Notes: generated by a model from the sequence alone, not told the origin. A stretch of 63,988 nucleotides of DNA, filler included, from Basidiobolus ranarum (GCA_040143965.1; 3 parts of 3 records of this genome joined end to end with filler, not necessarily neighbours in it); one strand, 5' to 3'; positions 50,912 through 63,290 are shown, numbered from the whole stretch's first letter. Made by a program: numbers and translations.

Positions 50912-50944
50912 GGGATGGGCGATGGGGATGGGCATGGGCATGGG
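50912..50944 (+). repeat. G-tract minisatellite, potential G-quadruplex
   Basis: GGGATGGGCGATGGGGATGGGCATGGGCATGGG: six runs of three or more G. Confidence 0.6.
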
Positions 50945-51490
50945 ATAAACTAGGAATCAATGCATCGATCCTTAGTGAAATGATAACGAATGAAACCGAG
51001 TCGGAAATAAACATGAAAATGAAAGGAACGCTAAGGAAATTATCTTGAATACTTCTCACCGCTTTTTACCAGTCAATTTTTGCATTCATTCACCCTTTTA
51101 TCCTTCCACTCACTGTCTTAAAAAATATTCGCCTATTTACATCATAAAGCCTCGGAAGAAGGTAAACTGGATTGGGTCATGTGTAACGTTGAATTCATTA
51201 AACACTAATCCTTAATATTTCACCGCATTTCTCTATCACATGTGAATGGAATGTTTATGACTGACCATCAATCTAGCATTGAATACACTCTTCCTTGACT
51301 CGACTCACAGAGCTTTGTTGACTTTAAGGAGGTGAATTTGGTCCCAAAAGAAAGAGAACGATAGAGTGACCGACCACCATAGAACTGGGGGGATTTTTTT
51401 GGTAGGTTAGTTTATTGTATGGTATCAAGGAAGATAACACCCTAAATAATCCCCTTTTTATTAGCCTTATTGTATCACTTCCTTGGATAA

Positions 51491-52408
51491 ATGAGACCAC
51501 TTTCTCGACCACCTTTTACTTCTCAACTAGTAGTGTGGATGTTAAGTTATTCAAGAGTATCGGTAAAACTTATGTTAACCATACTGCTGGCCCCATTTAC
51601 CTTAGGTTTGTTTCCAAGTGAGGGTAGTTTATTCCTTACTTTACATAACGTTTGGTTCACTTGTTTGGGAAAGCTATTGAACCCTTTACAGTACCTTATT
51701 GAAAAACTATGGTTTCCACTGTCTGAAAGTCTTAAAGATACTTATGGTATTTGGGTAAGAAAAGGTTTTGAAACTTTACTACCAACTTCCTTATATCTCG
51801 AACCGGAAGTTTCAACCGTCTCCCTTACACCTAAACTCACTATCCCACCTAAACGTATCCGATTTAAACGGGATACTAATACACTGAAGGTGCAACTTAT
51901 TCGAAATATTGAGGCGAAATGTTGGTTCCATTTATTTACTTATTCACCATTTCTACTTATTGAACAGTTATTTCTTACCTAGGGAGACGTAGAGCGTTAA
52001 CCAACTGGTTCCAAAAATCTTTCAACCCTTCGGTACAACCACCTGGTAAGTATAGAAAAGTAATAGGGGGTGGGGAGTTTTGCTTTAAAACTTAAAACAA
52101 ATTCAAAATATCCTTGCTTTTTAGTTTTAACAAATGTTCCTCCTTCTTTGGTGAACTTATATGAACCAAGAGCTAAAGGTGAAAGGAAACGAGCTAACAT
52201 GGAAATTCAACGGGACTTGGTTCGTTTGAAAGTGAAACCAATGAATACTACTCTAGTTTCAACCAAATTTGAATTACCTTCTTTCTATCCACTAAAATCT
52301 ACCACTCATTTCTCATGCTCGTTTCCATCCCCCTCTCCATGTTTACCCCGGTCTCCACCTCCTTCAAGAATGTCTAAACCTAGGCTCAACACAAGGCTTT
52401 ACCGGTAG
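51491..52408 (+). CDS. Three-exon orphan protein, 258 aa (exons 51491-51920, 51983-52045, 52125-52408)
   Basis: Two GT-AG introns (62 and 79 nt) join two listed ORFs through a 63-nt exon into a stop-free 777-nt frame. Confidence 0.65.
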
Positions 52409-52980
52409 AAATGATTCAATGGATGGCTATGATCTTGAACTACTTTAGTATATTTAACTCCTATTTAAGAGAAATCCCCCCCTCCATTGACTCTAAGCAC
52501 AGAAGACAGTCCACCATCCACCGAACATATGAATGATGTAAGGAAATATGAGAATCAGAATCTGGATTATTGACTACCGACTACCAATCCCCTCCCTCCA
52601 ATACCAATTACCGATGAACGGATTAATCAGAATTCTAGGTTGAATGGAAATTTTCTTTAGATAAAATAGGTTTCTTCTCATCTTTTAATAGGGCTGTGAT
52701 GATTGATGTTTAGGTTGTGCGTCTCTATTAAATATATTTCTTGTTACTGCTACTGTCACCACTACCACCATCTTTTCAAAATTTAGTTACCGATGAGAGT
52801 GTGTGTGAGAAAGTATAGTGAAGGAATGAGATATATGTATAATGTTTCAAAATTCCTCATATGAAGTAGGCATCGAACGAATGACACCTAAATCATGCAA
52901 TGAGGTGAGCGTAGGGGAAGGGTAAGTAAAGGAAGGGAAGGGAAGGGTAAGGGGATAAGAGTGTTTGAAACAAAGACACT

Positions 52981-54561
52981 TCACTCTTCCATAGGTTCGG
53001 CATCATTTGGTTCATATGGACCTGGACGAATAGAAAAAGCAGTTGGGACTTCATTATAATTATTGATATTGCCAGAACCATTGTTAACCCCAAATGCTCT
53101 TAATTTCTCCGCCCAATTCTCCGCCCTGTCTACACTATCTTTGAAGATACCAGCAATACTATTTAGCATTAAAAGACTTTCAGTAGCGAACACTAGTACT
53201 CGTTGGGCTGATCCGGGTAAGTTATTTCTTTGTCCATCGGAGGTGGGGGACATCAAGGGTGATCCTAAAGGTGTGGGTGCAGCACTATGTACAGTAGCCT
53301 AAATAGAACAATTCAAAATGAATCCATGTAACAGTATTGCTACATATTCCTAGGAAATCTTACCAATCGTCCAGGTAGTGTCAATATAAACTCTCTAACA
53401 TGCTTTCGAGCGTCTCTGGGTAGACACGAGCCGGCGTATCTTCCTACAACATCCACCACTTTACGTACCGTTTCAATCAGCTCCCGCTTGATGCCAGCAA
53501 GTGTACTTGGATTATGGACTGTTAAAGCGGTAGACCCGGATGGGTTGGTGCTTAAACTGGCGATGTATCCTTTGAGTAACTCGATTTGCTGATCAATATT
53601 CCCGGTAGCATATTGCAACCATTGCAAGCAGTATTTTAATGCTCTCATACTTTCTTCACTGAATGCTGCTGCTCCGGCCCCAGCAGCCGCCGATGCCTCA
53701 ACAAGGTATTGCTCCCACCTACTCCGCTGGATGGTAGCAGTACTTAATTGGGTTAAACTTTGTGATTGAGCTGGGTCTTCCGGCGTATCATCTAGATATG
53801 CATTATAATTCATTAAGACTTGTTCAAGATGACATGGAGTATGTATATATTTCTTACCCATTTGCCCTTCCGAGTGAACATGTCTTTGACGTAATCCCGA
53901 GGTTTCGTGAGCCAAATCCATGCTCTCTTCGTTTTCTTGTTTCTTTAGGGAAGGGTATCTTTTCTCCAAGGAATCCAGTTGTCTACAAGCGAATTCGTCA
54001 AGTTGACCCAACTGTGGCTCCAATTTGGTTAGCACAGGTATACCAATGGTTTTAACTGCTGATTCAACTCTTTCAGCACCAAACTAGTTGGAGAAAAGAA
54101 TGGAGGGTTAGTTAGGTTAAGTTGTACACATCTAGAGTCAATTATTGCTTATAAAAATCGAGACAAACCTTAACAAGTTTATTGTTGGTTTTGCTTTGTT
54201 CGTAAAAACGGAGCGCTGAGTTAACCAACGGAATGTTGGATACTCGTGATATGAAAGGTTGGTTTGACGCCTCAATATCTCCTTCTAGGTAGAAAAATTA
54301 ATTCTGGGGAAATATAAAGTATATAGAGGAATAGTTACCTTGAGGGTTTTCGCCTAGAGCCCTCATAGTGCCTAGCGCTTGAACAGCCTCCATCTCTTGA
54401 GACATTCTTTCAAGCTCTGAGTCTTTCAAGTTGGAAACTTCGCAAAGTTGGTCGATAGACATTGGGGAACAAGGGTTAGGAGAACGAAGTGTGTGGTCTT
54501 CACTGTGGGAAAGGGTATGGAGTTCACTAATAGGAGGTAGTGTTTGAGTATCGTTGGACAT
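52981..54561 (-). CDS. OPI1: Opi1-family transcriptional repressor, multi-exon
   Basis: FISRVSNIPLVNSAL, LDEFACRQLD, SEESMRALKYCLQWLQYA, VVDVVGRYAGSCLP, RVLVFATESLLML...SVDRAENWAEKL. Confidence 0.88.
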
Positions 54562-54840
54562 GTTTATAGTAATTGTATAACCGAGTCTATCGCTTCAGCA
54601 GCGAAGGGGTATTTGGGTAGTTATCCTTCCTTTAAGTTAGGTTGGTTGAGAGAAAGAATACTCTAAACAGTGTGGTTAGGTTTATCTTCGAAAAGAATGG
54701 TTTGAAAAGAAAGCGTAAGAGATAGTAAATCTACGCCTTGATAAAGGTGCAGCCAGAATCCGATAGCAAATTTAAAATCGGGGTGCAACTAATATCCAAC
54801 AGTTCCTTGCTATCAAAAAGGAAAGCTGAACATTCTTCAC

Positions 54841-55109
54841 ATTCACATGATATGAACCCAATCGATGTCCAATAGTATTCCTCGAGTGCATCGGTTATTC
54901 ATTTTACCATCATTTTTAGCATCTATTAATCTGCTTCTTGTGGAGCAGAAATTCGTGGGAGTCGAACTTCTCGACCATCAGAAGAGGTTGCATGTGAAAG
55001 CACCCACAGAAGTGACCTTATATGGGATTGGGTTAGGGTTATGCTGGCCAATCATCAATTGGATCCTGGCCAATTCTTGTTGCATCAAGCTTATTATTAT
55101 CTTCACATG
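54841..55109. promoter_or_regulatory. Three ICRE/UASINO-like E-boxes (TTCACATG core) upstream of OPI1
   Basis: ATTCACATG 54841-54849, CATGTGAAAG 54991-55000, TCTTCACATG 55100-55109. Confidence 0.6.
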
Positions 55110-55576
55110 TCAGCGCACACATCGCCAAATTCTCATGTGTCTGGATTATGCTTTTGATTGACTCTGTTGTGCTTGGCTCAGTACTCAAATCAACAGTAGT
55201 ACAGCGTTTTATTAGCCAGAGTTGCTTTAGTTTATTAGCTGGAATTGCCTTATTTTATACGCTAGAGTTGCTTTTAGCTTTATTTTATTTGCTAGAAATA
55301 TTTTGCTTGTAGGCTTCGGAGAATTTGCTACTATTGGCCGCTGCTGTGACAAAACTCACGTTAGCAAGATGAATTGCCATGTTGATAGCGATAACGATTG
55401 TTGTATGTGGATAGAGATAGCAGTTTGATATCGTTTCCGGTATAGAATTTGGATCTTATTCTCATTCTGGAATAGAATAGAACACAACCAAGTATATTAA
55501 ATGGATAATTAGATGCTCAAACACTGGGAAAAATGGGCCTTTTAAAAGGAAGTGACTGCTGTTTAGAGATATTCCA

Positions 55577-56161
55577 ATGAAATCCGTTCTTTGGTTAGTT
55601 TGCTTGTGGTGGTCCACCATAGAGGGACAGCTTGTCGTGCCTTTTCAAATATTCCCTAGTGAAGAGTGCCAGAGAACCTTGGATATTATCGTGGAAACGA
55701 ATTTGGATTCAGAGTGTTTGCCCTTGAGAAGACTCATTCCTCACCTCACACGTCTAACTAAAGACCCGGATAATGTGAAAGTCACAGTTTCCTCTATGAT
55801 AGATACAGTATGTGCGGCGCCTACTTGTTCCTCTCCGAAATTAAATGCCATAAAGAAGAAGCTCTATACTGGGTGCCAAAGAGATTTAACAAATCCCATA
55901 GTCGCCACTTATCTCTGGGTTTTCCAAAGCCTATCCCCTCTACGAGACTGGGGCTGCCCGAGAGCAAGCAATGGAGAAAGATGTTTCGATGCGGTAATCC
56001 TTACCTGGTTACAGAACAAAAATAGTGTGCTGCTAAGAGATGCAGACCCAGGTATGTGTAGAAGGTGTCATAGCACCTGGCGTGATACAATCAGGAATAA
56101 TCAGAAAAATTACCCATCACTAGACCATTCTTTTCTCAATGAGATATTGAATTGCAAGTAA
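55577..56161 (+). CDS. Small secreted cysteine-rich protein, 194 aa, intronless
   Basis: Signal peptide MKSVLWLVCLWWSTIEG; ten Cys in the mature part including CAAPTC and CRRC. Confidence 0.75.
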   Translation: MKSVLWLVCLWWSTIEGQLVVPFQIFPSEECQRTLDIIVETNLDSECLPLRRLIPHLTRLTKDPDNVKVTVSSMIDTVCAAPTCSSPKLNAIKKKLYTGCQRDLTNPIVATYLWVFQSLSPLRDWGCPRASNGERCFDAVILTWLQNKNSVLLRDADPGMCRRCHSTWRDTIRNNQKNYPSLDHSFLNEILNCK

Positions 56162-56530
56162 TATGACGGTTATTGTGTAATAAAATGCCTTTGAAATGAC
56201 ACTGAGTTAGGTGGCTTCATCATCGTGTAAATGAGTAGAACTTGTAACCCATTAAGTAATAACACATTTCCATACGCCACATGCACCCAGTTCAGTGGCT
56301 ATCGGTCGCTTTAGTTCCCATTCCTTTGCCTATCATACCGAGGAAGTATGAATGTGCGATAGGCAGGTGACTGGGTTTTGTTGGCTATGGATGATTCTTG
56401 GTATCTCATGATTACCTTGGCAAGCATTCTTGTTGATTGGATACATTGTGAGGTTTCATAATTCAATAAAGTGAATAGGTTCTTCAGACTTTCCTCCATC
56501 TACCAGGTTACTCTCAAGTATAGTGATTCC

Positions 56531-57245
56531 ATGTAAGTTAAGCCGGAAATTTTGTTAGTGTAACCATATCGTTTCAGAGTCAATGAAACCGTTGTAGACT
56601 GACTAAACACATTTGTTAAAGGGTATCTTTGAGTAGTCAAAAGCGTTTGGCAGCTAGCGTGTTTAAATGTGGTGAAAGAAAGGCCTGGTTCGATCCCAAC
56701 GAAATCAACAATATTGCTAACGCTAACTCTCGTAAGTAACTGTATGATAGGGTACTTCTATTCCAAACAGGAATTCACATTATCTTAAAGGTCAAAACAT
56801 TCGCAAACTCATCAAGGATGGTCTTATCCTAAAAAAGCCAAACGTCGTTCACTCTCAATTCAGAGTTAGAGATAAGCTTGCTGCTAAGCGTAAAGGACGT
56901 CACACTGGTACTGGTAACCGTAGAGGTACTGCTGAGGCTCGTATGCCTACCCAGGTTCTTTGGATGCGTCGTCAACGTGTTTTGCGTCGTTTGTTACGCA
57001 AGTATCGTGAAACCAGTAAAATTGATAAGCACTTGTATCACTCTCTTTATATGAAATCAAAGGGAAACGTTTTCAAGAACAAGAGAGTAATGATGGAATT
57101 CATCCACAAAGCAAAAGCTGAAAAACTTCGAGCTAAACTTATTGCTGAGCAAGCAGAGGCTCATCGTCTTAAGGCAAAGGCTGCTCGTGGGCGTCGCGCT
57201 GAACGTGTTCAAGCTAAGAAGGTTGCTCTTCTTGGAGACAATTAG
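56531..57245 (+). CDS. RPL19: 60S ribosomal protein eL19; introns 56533-56621 and 56732-56790
   Basis: [14 protein letters not shown]...WFDPNE...[16 protein letters not shown]...KGRHTG...[12 protein letters not shown]...KIDKHLYH...KGNVFKNKR. Confidence 0.97.
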
Positions 57246-57612
57246 TTGTACATTTTCCTTCATTTCCACGCAGATTACCCACGCCAACTATTGTCTTTTA
57301 CCGAAATTAACCCAATTCTGAAAGTAACTTGCTGAGTGACAGACCAGTCACCCTTTCCCTATATATTCTTAGTGTATTCTCAAGATTCTGAAATATCTCT
57401 ATTTCTTTGTAGTAAATAACGATCAAGATTAGGTCTCAAAAGATGCAGATTTCGATATATGGGTTTATTAAAATGAATAATTATCAGGAATTCTTGAATG
57501 TTGAAGATAGAATAATCATCGGGGATTCTGCTCTAAATACGATTATTAAAATGAATAACCATCACAATGATTGATGGATTTGGGTATATAGCTATGGTAT
57601 AATACCAGTTCA

Positions 57613-59324
57613 TCAAACGTCTAGTGGCATAAATTTGGGTATAGGTGGCAATGTAATGCTTATCTCTTGATGGGATGGACTTGGTGCCACAATGGTCGAT
57701 CGAGTGGACCGTGTGTCATCGGGAGACTCTAACATCGTGTCGGATTTGGTTGTTGAGAATGACGGGGTCATGGAATGAAAGGAAAATCGACGCTCCTGCA
57801 TCGTTTTAACATATGCTTCGGTATCAATGAGCTGTGGGAATTCGTAGCCATCATCCGAGCTAAACATAGTAGGAGAATGTGAGAATGAGAGGTCTTCCAA
57901 AAGTAAGATATCTATTCATACCTGTTCGTAGTGGGAACTGTTTTCAAAAGGCGAAAATAAAAAGTCAGGGTGGGTTAGTGCGAGTGTATGATGTGTGGAG
58001 AATGCAAGGAGGAACTTTAGAAATCTTTACCCAGCCATAGCCACCAGTTCGAGCCCATGATAGCTTTCCAATTCTCCATGCGACCCAAGTTGTAAACATT
58101 TACCCTTGGCTCGATGTTCTTTTGTCGCTGCCTGATGTTTTCAATGGTTGTCTGGTTTCTCATGATTAGTTTAGTATGGAAGACTGTCAAAACAGTCAAG
58201 AACACCCCCGCTAAAGCTGCCAGTACCACCAAGATCAACCACTCGATATGTATCCCCTGACCCTGCTAAAAAAAATGTGAATCAAATGGACGGGTGATGT
58301 TATGGAGACCAGACTCACGTTGTATCGCGTGACAAGCGGGTATAAAACCGATGCTGGGATGTAGATGCAGTAGAGCGACGTGTACAGGATCAACAAATAA
58401 AAGATTTTGTAGTTGCGCCATCCAACACACCGATTAATCCTAATATGCAATAAGGTTAGAGTGCAGCTTGGATGCATTAGAGTTGGGACCGACTCACCAT
58501 GGACAATGACTAAAGTTGAAACAGGAGTGGTTAGCTGTTGGACTCTCAAGGCTTCAAGGGTATCAAGCACTTACTGGTCCATCTTTAGTATACATTGATC
58601 ACAGCTAGAACAGTGATGACAGCGCTGTGGCTTATGAGTTCCACAATGCTTGCAGTAACTTACTTGGGTCTGATCAAGCCCATTTCCCTCCATCACCCAT
58701 TTGGTACTTTTGAGTGTGTCGTATTGTCCGATGTTTGGTGAAACCATAGCCATGTTTGGCCTAGGAACTGATTGCTTAGGAATGGATGGATGATGATACG
58801 AATCACACCAGGTAGGCTCCGAATGCATACTTGGTAGGGACTCCAGACTTCCCACAGCCAGTAGTTCTCTTCGGCTGGCATATCCTTTCTCGTGAATAAA
58901 TTGGAACTAACAATAAGAGCAAGGCTTAGTTGGACTAACAGTAGGAGTAATGAACAGTGTATATAATATATATATATAAGAATATTCTACCTGAACTGGT
59001 GAGCCAGCATGCGTTATCAGAGCGCGAATGTAGCACACAAAAGCCAAGGCAAAGAGGATGCTGAATATGGATAGTTGGGTAACTAGTAAGACTGTGAGTA
59101 GTATGCAGTGAATGAAACTCTAGCAATGGTCACTCACTCGCTTGTTGGAAGTTATACGATATCAACTCGGCTGCATTCATCAAAGAAATTTTAGAAAATC
59201 AGTCAACAAACTCTGCGTAAACACACTCACCAACCAGACTAAAGACATATGTATAATATGACCAGCCGAACAGAGCTATAATAAAGGCAATAGGAAGGTA
59301 TCCGTAGATTGAGTTATTCTTCAT
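57613..59324 (-). CDS. DHHC palmitoyltransferase (Pfa3/Pfa4-like), multi-exon
   Basis: [43 protein letters not shown] after splicing, NQTTIE, NVYNLG, four hydrophobic segments. Confidence 0.92.
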
Positions 59325-59509
59325 AATCACTTCCAACCTTAACTTACTGCCAAGGTGAATGGAAAAAAATAAAGGAATAGATTGTCGGCTCCATGGGAAG
59401 AACAGTAAATAAATAAGCTAGTGTTCAAGCAAACGCAGAAATAGTCACAATACGAGTATGTTCAAGTACATACTCCATAATACTCCTAATTCACCCGGGA
59501 TATGTATGA

Positions 59510-59565
59510 ATTGTATGTGTGGATATTATGTGTGGATTGTATGTGGGGATATTATGTGTGGATTG
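59510..59565 (+). repeat. Short tandem duplication (~26-nt unit, two copies) upstream of the DHHC gene
   Basis: TATGTG(T/G)GGATATTATGTGTGGATTG twice. Confidence 0.7.
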
Positions 59566-60337
59566 AGAAATACTTCCTATTCATCACGTTGTAAGATGCA
59601 GAGTATTATACAATGAATAATGCTACCCTGCTACTGGTACTCCATTCTATTGAGGGCACACAGAGTTATTCGTGTTAGTGAGCGCACATACAGTTACTCA
59701 TATCAGTGATGTTGGTAGTTAAATTCATCGTGTCTGCTTGTAAAGTTATGGCCATTGTTATTATCGTAATCAGTATGTTCCCCATGATGCTATCCTATAG
59801 TTCGAGTACGGAGTTTTGCAATGTGGTATATTGTATGCACTGTTAATGTTATGAGAACAAGCCAAGTATTCTTATGATAGAGCTGACATATGCGTTGTTA
59901 GAGTTGAAAACTGTTGCCCTTATATGTAGAATACATTCTATCACCACAATATTCGAATCACATAAATATCGTAGATACGGTGAATTGGCTAATATTATCA
60001 ATATAATTCAGGAAATAAATTATTTGTGACTGGAGTAAACTAGAAACATTCATAAATTGCTCAAATCACAAAGTCATAATTAATAAATGTATCAAAATAT
60101 ATGCTGTGTGAAGATGCAATATTAAAAATTGATTGACTACTTATATACAGGAAATTGAGAAGCAGCTGGACTGATCTGCCCTTATTTATAAAATTGTCTT
60201 TTCCTAAAATAATGCACAATTGAAAATATGTTCTGTACCATGTTTTGTGCAAATTTTGTGTGCATTAAAATTCATTTGAGACAAACATTAGTTTGGCTTT
60301 GATAAAAACCTATCAAAATCTCAACAGTAGTAACTGC

Positions 60338-60516
60338 TGTGGTGGTATGGGAGTTCATTGGCAGTGGTTTGGAGGACTAGAAAAATTGATGTTTTTCACC
60401 AATTGATTTATTGAATGATATGTTAACATTTTAGTTTTGTCAAATATAAGATCACAAATGTATAAAATGTTGTGTGGTATACTATAGACTTGTGTGCAAA
60501 GTTTGTGGCCTCTAAC
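60338..60516 (-). mobile_element. Older degenerate LTR fragment interrupted by the element at 60517
   Basis: GGCAGTGGTTTGGAG...TGTGTGCAAAGTTTGTGGCCTCTA matches the family LTR. Confidence 0.75.
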
Positions 60517-63290
60517 TGTTAAAGTACTTGGGAGCCTGTTGGAAGTGGTTTGGAGAATTAGAGCAATTAGTAGTCTTCACATGTTGATTTATTGAGGAAA
60601 AAGCTGACATTTATAGGTTTGTCAGGATGTAAATCAATTAGTATGTAGAATATGTCAAGAAAGATCCCAGGAGCATGTGTGCAAAGTTTGGGGCTTCTGG
60701 CACAAGTTTGAAAAATTTATGTATCTAAGAACTTCTAAGTTGGTAAAAATATTCTAAGTCAATTCCAATTGAGCATAATGGGTAATATCTTAGTAAAATA
60801 TAAAGTAACTAAGTACTAAGCTTTATATGACTCTATAGGTGTTTAGACAATGCTAAATTTAACACTCTCCCTCAACTAAATGTTTATATAAACTAATCCT
60901 AAGCAAGGCCCAAATTTTCAAATTCTTTTCTGGCTAATGGCTTAGTTAATATATCAGCAATTGTGTCTTCTGTAGAACAATAAGTGAAGTCAATAAGCTT
61001 ATTCTCTATAGTCTCTCTAATGAGATGATATCTAGTATCTATATGCCTGCTTCTATTATGAAATGTGGGATTTTTAGCTAATTTGATATAACTTTGATTA
61101 TCTTGAAATATTGTAGTTGGTGAATTTTGAGAATAACCTAAATCTGCTAACAATTTTCTTAACCATGTTGCTTCTTTTGTAGCTTTACAGTCAGACATAT
61201 ATTCTGCTTCTGTTGCTGAAAGTGATATGGCAGGTTGTTTCTTTGAATTCCAACAAATAGCTCCATTACAGCAAAGAAAGAAGTATCCTATTATAGATCT
61301 CCTGTCTTCAGTAACTCTTCCCCAATTTGCATCTGAATATCCTATCAGATCAAAGTTTGATCCAAAATATATATTTTTTAAGCATAGATCCATAATAGCT
61401 TTTAAATATCTGAAAATCCACTTGACTGCTATGACTTGATCTGATCCATAACTTTGAAGATATTGGCACATAACTCCCTCAGAATATACAATATCTAGCC
61501 ATGTAGCAATCATGAAATACATCAAGCTAGTAACCATAAATTGATCAAGAACTTTCTGGCTTTCATTTCAACCTAAGAATGTCTGATTTGAGCCATTCTT
61601 GGTCAAGTTAAGATTTGTCTCTATTGGGATAGATACTAGATTATATTCTTCCATTTTAAACTTCTTTAGTATATCTAGGATATACTTAGACTGGTTTAAA
61701 GTTACTGTTTAGGTAGTTCTATCAACCGTAATTTGGATTCCAACATAGTATGTCAGTTTACCTAGATCAGTCATTCTGAGTTTGGCAGATAAGTGGTATT
61801 TGGTTACCTCCAAAGTCTTCAAGACATTGGTTACTATAATAAAGTCTTCTACATAAAAGGCTCATAATGCTGGGTTTGTCTTACCTAGCTTGAAGCAGGT
61901 ATCATAGTCAGCATTGCTCTTTTGAAATTTGAGTGTTTCCAAAAAAGTATCTATCTGGCTATTCCAAGCTCTCAGATATTGTTTCAAGCAATAAAGTAAT
62001 TTCAGAGTCTGCAAGCTTTTTTGGGGTTTTCTGGATCTCTAAATCTGTGTGTGTGATTCATACAGATCTCTGCAGGAAGCTCATCATTCAAAAAAGTAGG
62101 TTCAAGATCTATTTGATATATAATAATCTGATATTGAGCTGAAATTGCCAAATTGATCTAATCAAATTAAACCTTGCTGCTGGAGCAAAGTTTTCTGCAT
62201 AATCTATTCCTGGAGTTTGGAAATAGCCTTTGGCTCCTAGTCTAGCCTTGTACCTTTCTATATTGCTATCAAAGTTGTATTTGACTTGAAACACCCATTG
62301 GCAGCCAATTGATTTTTAATCATCAGGTAGGTTAGTTCAAATCAGTATTTATTTATTAACCAAAGTTTGATACTCATCAGCCATTACATATCTCTAAAAT
62401 TTGGTGTCAGGATCATACAGAGCCTCTTTCATGGTCTGGAATTCATGTATATGAGCTGTGCAGGCATAGTATTAGTTTTGGGGCTTATTGATATAGTGAT
62501 CAGGGCTAATTCTGATCTGATTTGATCTCCTGGTCAGGGATAAAGGTACTACAACTTCTGGCATTGTATTGGGCACTTCAGTAGGCAGAATTTTGGTTGA
62601 AAGGTCCACAGGAATGCTATTTTCTTTATTGATTTGGTTTAAATCATTTTCAATTATTATATCAGAAGAAAATTGATTTTCATCATCAATTGAGGTTATT
62701 TGGGATGCAAATTTGCATTGGCATTAAACAAAACATCCCTGGACTTGACTTACTTTTAGGTTTTGTTATTGCAGTGTCTGTATTGGGAAAATATGGGCTG
62801 TTTGGAGGAACTTTAGAAAAGTCAAGTTGTGAATAGCTTTGTGAGATAATTATTTATTGTCCAGAAATGGAGCATTAATACATTTTGGTTGAAATACAGA
62901 AAACTAACACTGGGATTGTGTTCAGAACATTTTTGAGAGTTAAATGAGCTATCTTTGGGGAAATTTGGACAACTTTGAAATTTTCAATAAATAGTTGCTA
63001 ATTCTCACATTCTTCACATATATATATAACATATGTTCCAAATTGCAGTTAGGGGATATTTGACCAAGTATTCTTAACTAAAATATAGGGGATATATGAG
63101 ATAGTTAGGTGTATAAAGGTAGGGACAACAAATATGATAAAGACAATAAACTTCAACAGTCTGTAGGCCTTAGTTTGAGTGCAATAACCCAGAAATATGC
63201 ATTTCTTACTTTTTGGATCAAATATATACCAATTTATGGTCATACCTTAACATAAGCAATGCATCCAAAGATTCTCAGATGTTTAAAATA
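60517..63290 (-). mobile_element. 5'-truncated decayed Ty1/copia element: integrase C-terminus, RT, RNase H, PPT 60865-60874, 3' LTR 60517-60864
   Basis: HLRIFGCIAYV, KSKKCIFLGY, SRDVLF, RYKARLGAKGYFQTPGIDY, GYSDANWG, HNRSRHIDTRYH, ADILTKPL. Confidence 0.93.
62781..63158 (+). mobile_element. Solo LTR of a third family (378 bp) inserted in copia integrase, 5-bp TSD GTCTG
   Basis: TATTGG...TCAACA ends; GTCTG at 62776-62780 and 63159-63163; removal rejoins KAYR...SRDV. Confidence 0.85.

Noticed and set aside
51324..52290. Initially looked like a mitochondrial or mitovirus insertion (LSPLAL segment, TGA read as Trp on the minus strand)
   Set aside because: Plus-strand spliceosomal introns explain the region as a nuclear gene; no LAGLIDADG or RdRp motifs.
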